In this document: positions 24,901 through 36,900 of the stretch, piece by piece
Position numbering within the stretch: the stretch's first letter is position 1
Layout: each line of letters starts with the position of its first letter
Assembly: GCA_002633005.1 (NCBI GenBank)
Contig: NMRA01000131.1
Span: forward strand, 421,798 to 485,797
Direction of reading: 5' to 3'
Length of the DNA stretch: 64,000 bases
Origin: Phoronis australis
Lineage: Eukaryota; Animalia; Phoronida
Made by a program: the position numbers and the translations under genes
The notes under the pieces: model-generated
Seen by the model: only the letters and a program-made list of their open reading frames with translations
Databases searched by the model: none
Told to the model about the DNA's origin: nothing

Positions 24901-27900
24901 ATTTTCTCAGTTGAGATGTAAATCAAGGGAAGCTTGCTTTTTGTACAAGAACAGTGACTCAATTCTCATAACAATGTAAATGCGAATGTTAACATAACAA
25001 ATACCCATGACACTAGCATGCTGTGTATCTGACGAAGAATCAAGTGACAACATACAACACACGACATGAAGCATGTAAAATGAAAATACTATTTTTAGCA
25101 TTATTCCACACTTAGGTAAAAATACAGTTATATTTTTATGAAACGACAACATCTTCCGTGAAAGAGTAGACATCAGCAAAAGAAAATAAAAATAAAACTA
25201 CAGCAACAGAAGTCATAACCAAAACTTGTGCACGGAGTTTGGCAATTTCCATCTAAGAGAAAAGTAGAAAATGAAATACACTCGTCCACAAAATAATGAG
25301 ATTTAATGAACATTGCATCTAGTGACATCTAGTGACAACTCAATCCTCATTCCCATAATCCTACCTTCTGAAGTGCAGCTTCCTCCTCCTTAGAAACAAC
25401 AAACAAACAACTTCTGTCAATACCAGTGCTATACTATGACAAAATGTAATTCACCCAGCACATCAGACATCTATATAGTTTTCTGAGCTCAGCAAAATGA
25501 GACACATAAATCACACAAATGAGCAAGAGAAACCCAGAAATGTAGATTCAGTTTCAACATTATACTTCACTGACATTTTGCATTATGTTCATTCAAAATG
25601 CTATTTGTGGGTTAATCATTTCGTTTCTAATTATTATCTTGTGGCAAATAGTTTGTAAGGTACTAACTACACACTTTGCTCCTTCCACTGACATCATCAG
25701 CGCCATCTACATGTTGGAAGGCATAGAATTAGAGTGACATTACACACTCATAACAGGAACGATGGCAAAAAGTACCACCTAATTGGTCACTAGATGGGGC
25801 TCAAATTTACCAACAAGTAGCCTTGTGCGAATTAGATAACAGACAATAAATTAGTTTTCCAAATAATATCAAGTGTACAAAATGTAGCGAGAGATTGAAA
25901 TAGACGGAGAATTACTGTAACTTCTAATTTGCATAACAACTCCGATTTATTTTCTGCCAGTAATCAAATACCTCAAAAGCTTAAGTAACGCAGCTGTAAA
26001 ATTTCCTTGGTTTCAATTCTCGATAAAATGAGTCCCAAATTCAATTAAGAGTGTGTCTGAGAGTGAGTACCATAACTATATGACCACAGTCAACAACAAT
26101 CTCTGTCACATAAAATCAATATGAACGTCACATGCTACAAGCATCATGGGCAAACTGCACGGAAATCCTTCAAGTACGAATAGATTCAGGTCATGCTCAA
26201 AGATCTCACACAATGTAATATTCATGGAAAGAGACATTTCAACAGCAGTTACTGTTATTTTAATCTTCTCTTGTCAAAATAATGATTTTATAATGATCAA
26301 AACAATAACAATACCAGCCTGACATAAAATTGATATGTAAATCAAGGCAACTAAGCTTCATCAAGAAAGTCAGTCAGCCGTGATGGTCACTTCATTAAAC
26401 ACTTTACTAATGCCCCAAGAGATAGACATGTGACTGGCAAAATATGATTCTGTCAAGTAGCTTGACTAGCCAGGCATGCTAACATTATATGACTGCGCTA
26501 GACAGCATACACTGATGTCTCCCAAACACAATGAACCTCTTTCTTGTGAGGAATTACGATGTTCACATGCAGTGAGATTTCAGTTACAGATTTTGTCAGG
26601 GAACTCTACCAACAGTTGAACTCAAAACCAGGATGGCTACTGACAAAATATGATCTCACAGGTGAATTTATTTCATGGAAATTTGGGGACAACCTCAGCA
26701 TATGATTCCTTGGCTTATATATTTTTTCCTCTCAAAATTGAACCTCTAAAATGAAGATGGAAAACAGTTGAAATGTGCAATTTATTAAAATCAAAATTCC
26801 CACACCAAGGGACTTCATCAGTGCAAAGCCAAATCATTAGCGTAGAGTTGACGCAGTTCAATGACCATACGCAAATCAGGTCAATACTGCACAGTAGTTT
26901 TCAAAATAAACTACTAGTAGACAGACTTCAACAGAACTCTGTCAGACTCTGCTAAATTTGTACAAACTTCTCGTCAGACACGTATAGCAATTTAGTCAAG
27001 CATTTGTCACAATACAAATGGCAATTTTGTTGAATTTAAGTGGGAGTTTAATTTGATATTATAGCACCGAGCCATAAATAGTTTATTTGTAAACCATGAT
27101 TTAGACACAAAATGCATGGAGCGCCACCTGTTGGTTCAGAGTTTGCCATAATTGAAACATATTCTAGCCAAAAAGAACTATACTGGATATTATTTAGTCG
27201 CCGTTTTGTGCACTGAAATTTTTAATTGTCAAATTTAGAGACCGTCCAGTTTAATTTGAAAACTGTATAAAGCAGTAAGACCAAGTCAAATGTTGACCAT
27301 GTTTGGTTTCAATAATACACTCACTAGCTTTAGATTTACTTCTACTAACTTTTAGTCAGTAACCCATAGTGACATTATTTGACATCTAAAAACTGTGAGA
27401 GCCCTAGATGAGAGTGGCAAGTAAGACAGCTGCCTATGAACAGGTCGCTTCAGTTGATCATAATACATACAGCATCAGCTTGCTCCTGCTTCTGGGTGTC
27501 TTCGTACGACATGGAGACAATGGCCAGTATAAGGTTGATGAGATAGAACGAACCGAGAAAGATGACCAGCACGAAGAAGATAACATACCAAGGACCGTTG
27601 GCACGCAGTGTCTGCAACCAAAAAGCATGGATAGTCTGTAAGTGATCTTCGATTTAGCATGCTAGATGTGTAAATTATTTTGGCAAAATTCTCAGCAAAA
27701 ACAAATATTGGGAAAAACTTAACTTCACCATTAACATGATTAGTACTGAGCATCAATCGTAAAATAAAACTTTTGTAAAATGCTGAGCATTTTTTGAAGA
27801 ACATAATGAGTCCTAGAATATTTAAAAAATCCTACTTTGGCAATTATTTTTGTGCAAAATTGAAGATTACAATACCTAAGCTTGCAACTTTTCAAAGATC

Positions 27901-30900
27901 CTGCAAAGCACTAAAGGAGAGACCACCACGGATGCAAAAAATAAAAACTGCCAAAAAGTGACACCACAATACTCAAACTTGTCCAAAATCTACCATTAGC
28001 CAGTCTTCTCATCAGGAACAAAGTCATTTGCTAAGAAAGTTAAAATTGATCCTCAGAGTAGTTTGGTATATTGAGAAGCGAACGCCAATAAACGGACTAC
28101 AAAAAAAATGACCACTAGGTGGCGCAATATCGAATCCATCATAAAATTAATGGCATCATCATCTCCTTAATTGAAACCTATTAATTTTTGTTAAATTTCA
28201 TCATAGATTACAGACAACAGATTCGCAACTCCGACATTTTGTTTGCAAAATATCCTAGAGGAGGCGCCACCCTCTAAACATAGCAAGCTCAGCTTCCAGT
28301 TAGTGTATTATGACGGGAAATTCTTCCATCTATTTTACTCTCTAGTACATGAAAAAATAATAATTTCGGCATTGAAATGTTGTTTGAGGTCTTCCAACAG
28401 TAGAATCCAGAAATTTTGAGCGGCATCGTCAAGTAAGCTGCTGTTGAGGTATGAGATTGGTTTTTGAGTAGGCCTGGTGGTTATTTCTGGAGTATGAATA
28501 TGAGCTTTATTTATTAGTTAAACGTTTTACGAGCATTCAATTTATTTAAACACGGATGTGAGTTGGGCAAAATCGCCAATCCAAATCCCGACGAAATGAC
28601 CAGGATTAGCAGATGATGTACTTGCTGGAAGCAATGCGTGCTATATCTGCCAGGTGTCACTAGTGAATAATGACTTCACGGCTTATGCGTAAGATCACAG
28701 ATTTCATCCATCGTAAATATACGGAGTTGGCAGTCCATGTAACAGTCTATGATTTCATTAAAATAGATTAAGAAACTCCAAAGATACAGAGGCAAATGTA
28801 CATAAACTAGAATCGCCAACATCCTCCTTTGTCAGCTCCATAGCAACACATTGCCAAATTTCAAGATCTTGCAAAGTGTTAAGGAGATACGCCCATAGAT
28901 GCAAAAAATCAAAACCACTAAGGGGTGCCAAAGTAGTTGAACCCTTTCCAAAAACCAACGTCACCAGTGATCTTCACATCAAAAACACAATTTTCACAAT
29001 GATTCTTGAAGCAGTGTGGTGGATAGAGAGGTGGAAGTAAAAACCGACTCGAAAATTTTCAGAATGCTCACTAGGTGGCACAGAATACGTCAAATCTGTC
29101 CAAAATGGGAAGGTGTTGTCATCTCCTTAATAGATACTCATCTGCCAAATTTCATGAAAATTTATCCAGGAACTACGAAAATATTAAGTCGCACAAAAAA
29201 ACTGAAATTTCTACTGTGGACACAGCAATAGTCGAAACAGTCCTCAGTTCATGGTCGTGAGTTTTCAAGCTTAATCGAAACACATCTAAAAATCTCATCA
29301 AGATTAAGCAAGGGGTTTTGGTTATACAGTGTTTGCTTTCATGCATAGTAAATAACGCATGAAAAATAAGCACTGTCTTTAAAACAGTGCCCAGTCTTGA
29401 CTAATGCGTCTTCTTCAGAGGTTGAGGTCGATAATGGGTAAGAATAAAACAATGGAGCCATCCCGAATTACACGACAATAGAACTCTCCTTTGTCCCAGA
29501 GAAAAAAAAAGCGTGTGACCTTGTTTTTGAAATCAGCCACATTTTCGAGTCCATCATTGATGTTGGGAAGGTGAAGCATTTCACATTACGCATCCGCGGA
29601 TATGTGTCCAGTATATCAAACTTTCCCACCTCAGAGTTGCAGCCCACAGCACAGCAGTAATAACTTATTAGCATTGGAACGATGAATAGATTAATGCAAT
29701 CAAGAAAAACTAGTAAAGAATCAGACAACAAGAAACAACACGATGAAACTTCAATGGCACAAAAAGGAGGCAGCAAATTTGCCTGACGGATGTTTACGGC
29801 ATTGTGGGTAAATACATTGAGATTCGAGTGTCGTGTTGTAATCCGCGACAGCCCTATTAGAACATTATTGCTACTGCCTAGAATGGGAAATTCTGTTGTT
29901 CTGTTGAATAAAAAATGAGCACAAGACTCTACAAGTACAACCAGGCGTTGTATCCTAGCTAGCTTACAGTCACCGCTCATGATCCATTCAAGACACTATC
30001 ACCAAAATCTTATTTTCCAAACAAACTTGGAAACTTTCTTCACTCGAGTTATGATTGAATCAGTGGTTACATTTATTTAGAAGCAACAGACTTGATTGCA
30101 ATGGCAATGGCTTTTTCAACAAAATTCTGGCTCATCTAAAAAAGATTGAGTAGCCAGTTCTATAGCCAAGAAGTGACACTGCATTACCGGATGTTGCTAC
30201 ATACCAAGTAGTAAAGGTTCTCCCAATAATCTTGAGTCATCAGCCGGAATGCGCAGAGGAATGCCCAGCCGAAGCTATCATAGTTTGTGTATCCGTAGTC
30301 AGGGTTGAGAGAGTGGTGGTGATCGTTGGGTATTTCTACATGCGGGAAGCATGTGTAGTTCTTAGGACACTGGCTGTAATGAGATAAGCAGATCTGGTAA
30401 GCATGATCAGTACACGGAACCTTGTGAACCTCACGTCAAACTTCTTAAATGCAGCAGCAAAATAAAAAATTTGACATATTAATTGTTTTATAAACGCTGT
30501 GAAAACTATTTGAATCTTGCAATTATCATGTGAATGTCTTAATGGATTGGAGGTGCCTCTCACGACATCATGGGGGACCATCTGTCTAAAACTTAGGTTA
30601 CGTGTCAGCTGCCAAAAGCTATACCATCTAACCCCATCAGGTGTCGCTAGTGAGAAATCAATGGGAAAAAGAGTGTTGGGCAATATTTCCACATGTCATG
30701 AGCTAAGAATCTAGAGCTGGCAGTGCATCAGCTGTACTTTATGATATTCTTCAACCTCTTCAGTGAGGGTAAGTTTCCAACACCAACAGTGATATAATTC
30801 AACAATAAAAGCAAGGCCAGTCTTCAAAACTGTTACTTACTATGCCTCAGAGTTATTTCCACACAATACGGATTTTCCATCGGGCCAATTACCTAAACAG

Positions 30901-33900
30901 AAAGAAAGTGCTCCATAGTATGAAACAACTATCATCATTACAAACACTGTAACTTTGAGATTTATTGGGTCTGGTACATCAGCAAAATATTTTGAACAAT
31001 TTCTAAATTTAAGACAATCCATACAATTCATTACACTAATTTTTTTTCAGAAAGTGTGAAATTTTCTCACTTTTTGTTAAACAGATGACACTATGAATAG
31101 CTTTAGACAACCAAGTACAGTAACCAAGAGTTCAAAAGTAGAAATAGTTTCTTAGGTGAAGTTATTGACTCCATGACTTTTGGAATGTGAATAGACACAG
31201 AATAGGAATATCAATCTGGATAAAGTGAAGTTTATGACACAAACTAAATAAGCCTTGATGTTAGTACTGTGCAATCATCAATAACTAATTTTGCAAGTAT
31301 TGCAAATTTAATGCATAAATCTAGTGAGCAGTTACAATTATTACAAAGTTAAGTACTTAGGTCTTGTGTGTAGTTGATGTACTCTTCATGATTGGAGAAA
31401 TTGAAATCTGGCGTTTTGACACATTTGCTGGACAATGAACCCATAAATAACTGAAGGCCAATCAATGCAAATATAGACAAAATGAATGTTGTGAGAATCA
31501 TGACATCCCGCAAACGACGAACAGCTTCCAGTAAGGCGCCAACAATGGTCTTTAAACCTGCAATAAAGCAGTTGTAGTAATATGTTAAGGAAACAGCCAA
31601 GCCTACTCAAACACGAAATGATAACATGGACTGCTCTTTCATTCCTATTAGAGTTATAAAAGAAATGTTCGCCATATGAAATGACAAGCCAGCTGAAGCC
31701 AATATTTTGTCCCTGGCCTTGAGCAATAACAGACAGGCAGTTCTTTGTCTTTGACTTTGACCAGGCAGTTCTTCTCCAAGTCCAGTCATTACTAATACAA
31801 GAGAGGAACAATTTGAGACCAGTTTTATACTTTATACCGGCCTTAAGGTGTTCCTGAATTGGATTTTTGCAATTTTTGAGATTTTCGATTGTGCATAATA
31901 AATTTATAACACAAAAACTAACTAAACAAGCACTAATTTTGGGAAATAATTGAGGATTTTTGAATTTTAACAAAATTTAATGATTTTTTGGTTTCCCGCC
32001 ATGTGATGTCATCAGTGGAAGACAGTGTATATGCAATGGCGGATGTGGTAATTAAAACCTGTTATTGAATTACGATTTAATAACCACTTAAGTGTCAAGT
32101 AATATGGGTCTCGAACTTTAAATCTAACTGAAGTTTTTACTCCGACTGCCAAAGCCCAGTCGCGAATAGTGGACACTGATTTCATTTAGGAGAATGCCGA
32201 GTGTATTTGGAACAATATCTGATTATAGTGACGCTAATTGGGTTTTAATTCTGGTTAATTATACTGTCTCATTTCTGTCTTGCCGGTTGCAAAATTATGA
32301 AAGCTTTGTACCGTTCTGACTTATCGTTTATCATGGGAGATCTTGGGGTTTTTTGAAAACGCAAAAACTGAAATGTTGTCCGTCGGATTGCTCTCAGTCA
32401 AACTAGATTTTTGAGACCACTGCGGCTCACAGCTCGTGTAGAACAACACAATGTCAGAGATCAGATCCACTGATGACATCACACGAAAACTTTATTTTTA
32501 ATTTTTTTGTTTATTTCTTGACAAATACTTTAAATGTCATACCAATTTTTTGGTAACCTAATTCAAGCATTTATGACCATGATCTGAACCATTTAATCAT
32601 AATTTTTGTACGGAAGGAGTATATAGCTGCTGCATATTGTGCTGGACTCGCGCTGCACTCTCAAATGCTCATGTGCGTTATAAAGTTCGTGCTTTGCAGA
32701 AAAATAACCAATCGTGTTTGAAAGGATGTCTTTCTCTTATCAGATCGACTTGTTCAAATACTAGAAAGGGATAAATCATTGTTTTTGAATCCTAGGCAAG
32801 GTAAAGTCCACCAACTTAGGACACAATAAAAAATAGTGCAAGCAACCTGATAAACACTGCAGCAGACGTGCGCAGCCAGGCCCAACACCTAAAATTATTT
32901 TCTGTTTGTTAATACGTACAAGACAGCTAAGACCGAATTGACTCAATGGGATGTGAACCCACGACCTGAAGAACAGCAGACATACCCTTAACCTACTAGG
33001 CCAGAATGCCTCCCCTCCTTGGACAAAATATGGCCAACCAGAGAATTTTTATTTTTTTATTTTAATCATAAAAATGCATAACACATTCAAGCACTGTACC
33101 ATAGGTACTACCTATCAATATTTTCAAAACTGTAAACATTCATACCAGAGGACCCTCAAAACTGAACAAGAGCAACACAGAATGTTGAAATGCTCCCACG
33201 AATGCACCGCTAATGGTGTGCTTCTAGGAGTGTTTATTTCTGTCATAAAAATTGCCCCTAGATGGCAAAAAATATGTTAAATCCATCCAAAAATAGGAAC
33301 ATGTCATTGTCTTTTAATAGAAAGCTATTTTGCCAAATTTCACAAAAATCAATGACAGAACTTCAGAGAAACAGAGAAAAACGAAAAAATGAAATTGCCA
33401 TTAGTGGGTACAGCAATGGTCAGATAGGTCTGAAAGTCATAGTCATCGTCCGTTGTCAACTTCATATACCGGTAAACACATTTGCTAAATTTCATAAAGA
33501 TCCTGCAGTGGGTTTAGAAGATACAGAATGATAGGTGCAAAATACAAAACCGTCACTAGGGGGCACCACAGTAGGCGAAGTAGTCAGATAATCATCGTTA
33601 ACCATCTTTTTCACACTAAGAATAAATGCCAATTTTCCCAAAAATCCTTACAGTAGTCTGGTTGATAGAAGGGCGGACGCCAAAAACAGACAAGAAATCA
33701 GTAATTAGAAAATAGTAAAAATGGCCACTACATGGAGCAAAATACTCCGAATCCATCCGGAAATGGGAACATGTCATTGTTTCTTGAACAGAAAGCTATT
33801 TTACCCAATTTCATAAAAATCCATCAAGGAACTTCAGAGGAACAGAAGAAAACGAAAAAAATGAAAACAGTAAAAATGGCCACTAGGTGGCACAAAATAC

Positions 33901-36900
33901 CTCAAATCCATCTGAAAACTGGAGAATAGCATCATCTCACTAATTGATGACTATGTGCCAAATTTCATGCAAATCCATTGAGGACCCTTGAAGAGAAAAC
34001 TAAAATTGCCACTAGGGGGCACACTGGTAGTCCAATATGTCTGAAACTCGTTATCATCCGTCGTCAGCTTCATAGGAACACCTCTGTCAAATTTCATCAA
34101 GATCCTATGAGGGGTTTAGAAGATAAAGCTGCAGATGACAGACACCGGACACCAAGACAGAGATGACGGCAATATGCAGCCACATTTAAATAATTATGTG
34201 GGCGCATAAAAAGGACAATTTTTGCTACTATTTCTGTCCCAAATTGGCAAGATTTTACCATAATCATAAACATTGACTGTTAATATATTGAAACAATATT
34301 ACGTTTAATTTAAAAAGCCTCTTTAATTCGAGCTGAGACGATTCAAATTGATGCAGTCTCATTCTCTACAAACCTGGTATGACAGCAACTGTTTTTAAAG
34401 CTCGCAGAACACGGAAAGTCCTCAAGGCTGACAGATTTCCTAATTCTGATATAAACTCAGTAAGATACCTGGAAAATTAAAATGATATACTTTCACATGT
34501 TAAGAGGTCACAGACAGAAAATAAACATGGCCTGACAGCACATAACAATACAATCTGTAAGTAAAAGTAAATTCTTCAAATCAAAACACAACAATGTGCA
34601 TGAATACAAAAATGCCAGTTAATCTAAAAATTTGACACTAAGAACGACTTTAGAAAATAACACTCTGTAATAATGAGTCAAGTGTCATGGTTTTTTGTTT
34701 TATGTTATCTTTAAAACTTGTGACATTTTACTAAGAGTGCCATTGTAATAGTTTCTGTAATTCCAAGTAAGGTACGTGTATTTTTTCTGTAAATTCCATT
34801 ATTGTGCTGCATGCATTGTATTTTATTTTCTTTTTACATTTGTACCCACATGGATAATACTGGAAAACCATGTTATCGCTGATCAGGTTATAAATTAATT
34901 ATAATTTTAAATTAACTATAAATAGCTGGGACACAACCTACTAAAAGCTGCATTTCATCCCCTTTAGCTGGGACACAACCTACTAAAAGCTGCATTTCAC
35001 CCCCTTTAGCTGGGACACAACCCACTAAAAGCTGCATTTCATCCACTTTAGCTGGGACACAACCTACTAAAAGCTGCATTTCATCCCCTTTAGCTGGGAC
35101 ACAACCTACTAAAAGCTGCATTTCATCCCCTTTAGCTGGGACACAACCTACTAAAAGCTGCATTTCATCCCCTTTAGCTGGGACACAACCTACTAAAAGC
35201 TGCATTTCACCAACTTTAGCTAAAAAACAAAAATCGGCCTGGGCCTTTCACTTTAATAAAATCAGTCTCACAATGTTCCTGTGCATAGACTTTATTTCCA
35301 TTAACAACCAGAAAATCAAAAATGTCTCAGATGAAAGCGTACATGCGCCATCGTCAAACTGAATCATTTCCAATGTTCTTGTTGGTAATGGAAGTAGAAT
35401 CTTATTATGGTAAAAAATAATGTGAGACCAATTTTATGAGCATAAAATGCGAAATTCAATTTTTGTATTCTAGCCAGCTGAACAGGGTGAAGTGTACTTT
35501 AAATACTAATTACATGATGTGGTTTGTGACCAATACTCACGCTAAACTGATAACCATGAAGTCCAGCCAGTTCCAAGCATCTCTAAGATAAGTGAAAGGT
35601 TTCAATATAAAGCCGCGGGCGAGCATCTTCACTAAAGCTTCAAAAGTGTAAATTGCTGTGAACACATATCTGAAATGACAAGCAGACTTAAGACAGTTTA
35701 TCAAGAAAGAAATTAATTTTAAACAAAATGTCTACAATTTCTTACATACTGAACAATACAATATAAATTACCTTTTTCTCTGAGAAATTCCAGACAACGT
35801 AAATAAATCTCCGGTTTCACAAAAAAGGAATATACTCATGTCTACTGCTTCATAGCGAGAGGTTTCTCAAAATGTCAATATAAGCTAAGGCTGAATGGTA
35901 ATTCCATTATGGTAATTCTTTGCTTATTTTGCAGAGAAATAATTGCTGAAATTGTCGTTTTCCATGTTTAAGAGACTAATTACCTTGCCGCATATAATGG
36001 AAACTTACCAAATATTGTTTTGTAACATTTACAGAGCACAGACCAAGTCACAAAAATTTGATAAAATAAAATTTTACTTGTGAACCATATTGACAGCTAA
36101 AATAGTCAAGAATTGAGAAGTGTGGTAGACACTTAGTTAAAATGTCTGTGTGTAGCAGTCACAGTGTCTGTGTGTAGCAGTCACAGTGTCTGTGTGTGCA
36201 GTCACAGTGTCTGTGTGTAGCAGTCACAGTGTCTGTGTGTAGCAGTCACAGTGTCTGTGTGTAGCAGTCACAGTGTCAGTGTGTAGCAGTCACANNNNNN
36301 NNNNNNNNNNNNNNNNNNNNNNNNNNNNNNNNNNNNNNNNNNNNNNNNNNNNNNNNNNNNNNNNNNNNNNNNNNNNNNNNNNNNNNNNNNNNNNNNNNNN
36401 NNNNNNNNNNNNNNNNNNNNNNNNNNNNNNNNNGTGTAGCAGTCAAATGTCTGTGTGTAGCAGTCACAATGTCTGAGTGTAGCAGTCGCAATGTCTGAGA
36501 GTAGCAGTCACAATGGCTGTGTGTAGCAGTCACAATGGCTGTGTGTAGAAGTCACAATGTCTGAGTGTAGAAGTCACAATGTCTGTGTGTAGCAGTCACA
36601 GTGTCTGTGTGTAGCAGTCATAGTGTCTGTGTGTAGCAGTCACAGTGTCTGTGTGTAGCAGTCACAATGGCTGTGTGTAGCAGTCACAATGGCTGTGTGT
36701 AGCAGTCACAATGTCTGTGTGTAGCAGTCACAATGGCTGTGAGTGTTGAGAAATGGATCAATGTGAACAAAAATCATTTGCAAACATGAAGTGTCGTCTT
36801 CCATATTCACTAGTTTTTTATCCGTCCTACCAAGGTCAGCCTCAAACTCATCAACAGGACTCTTCGGGGTTTTTTTTAAAAGCAGGAACAAATCTTGTAA

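Noticed and set aside
31584-31592. U12-like branch point TTCCTTAAC upstream of the DI-S5 exon
   Set aside because: It is about 26 nt from the AG and the upstream donor (GTTTGT) is U2-type, so it is best read as an ordinary U2 branch point.
34912-35205. Repetitive ORF ([14 protein letters not shown])n, and similar ORFs at 40472-40756 and 36273-36533
   Set aside because: By-products of minisatellites with unit lengths divisible by three; no gene structure.
31558-35540. Twin of the DI S3-S4 exon (vertebrate 5N/5A-type duplication)
   Set aside because: No second S4-coding segment seen in the flanking introns.
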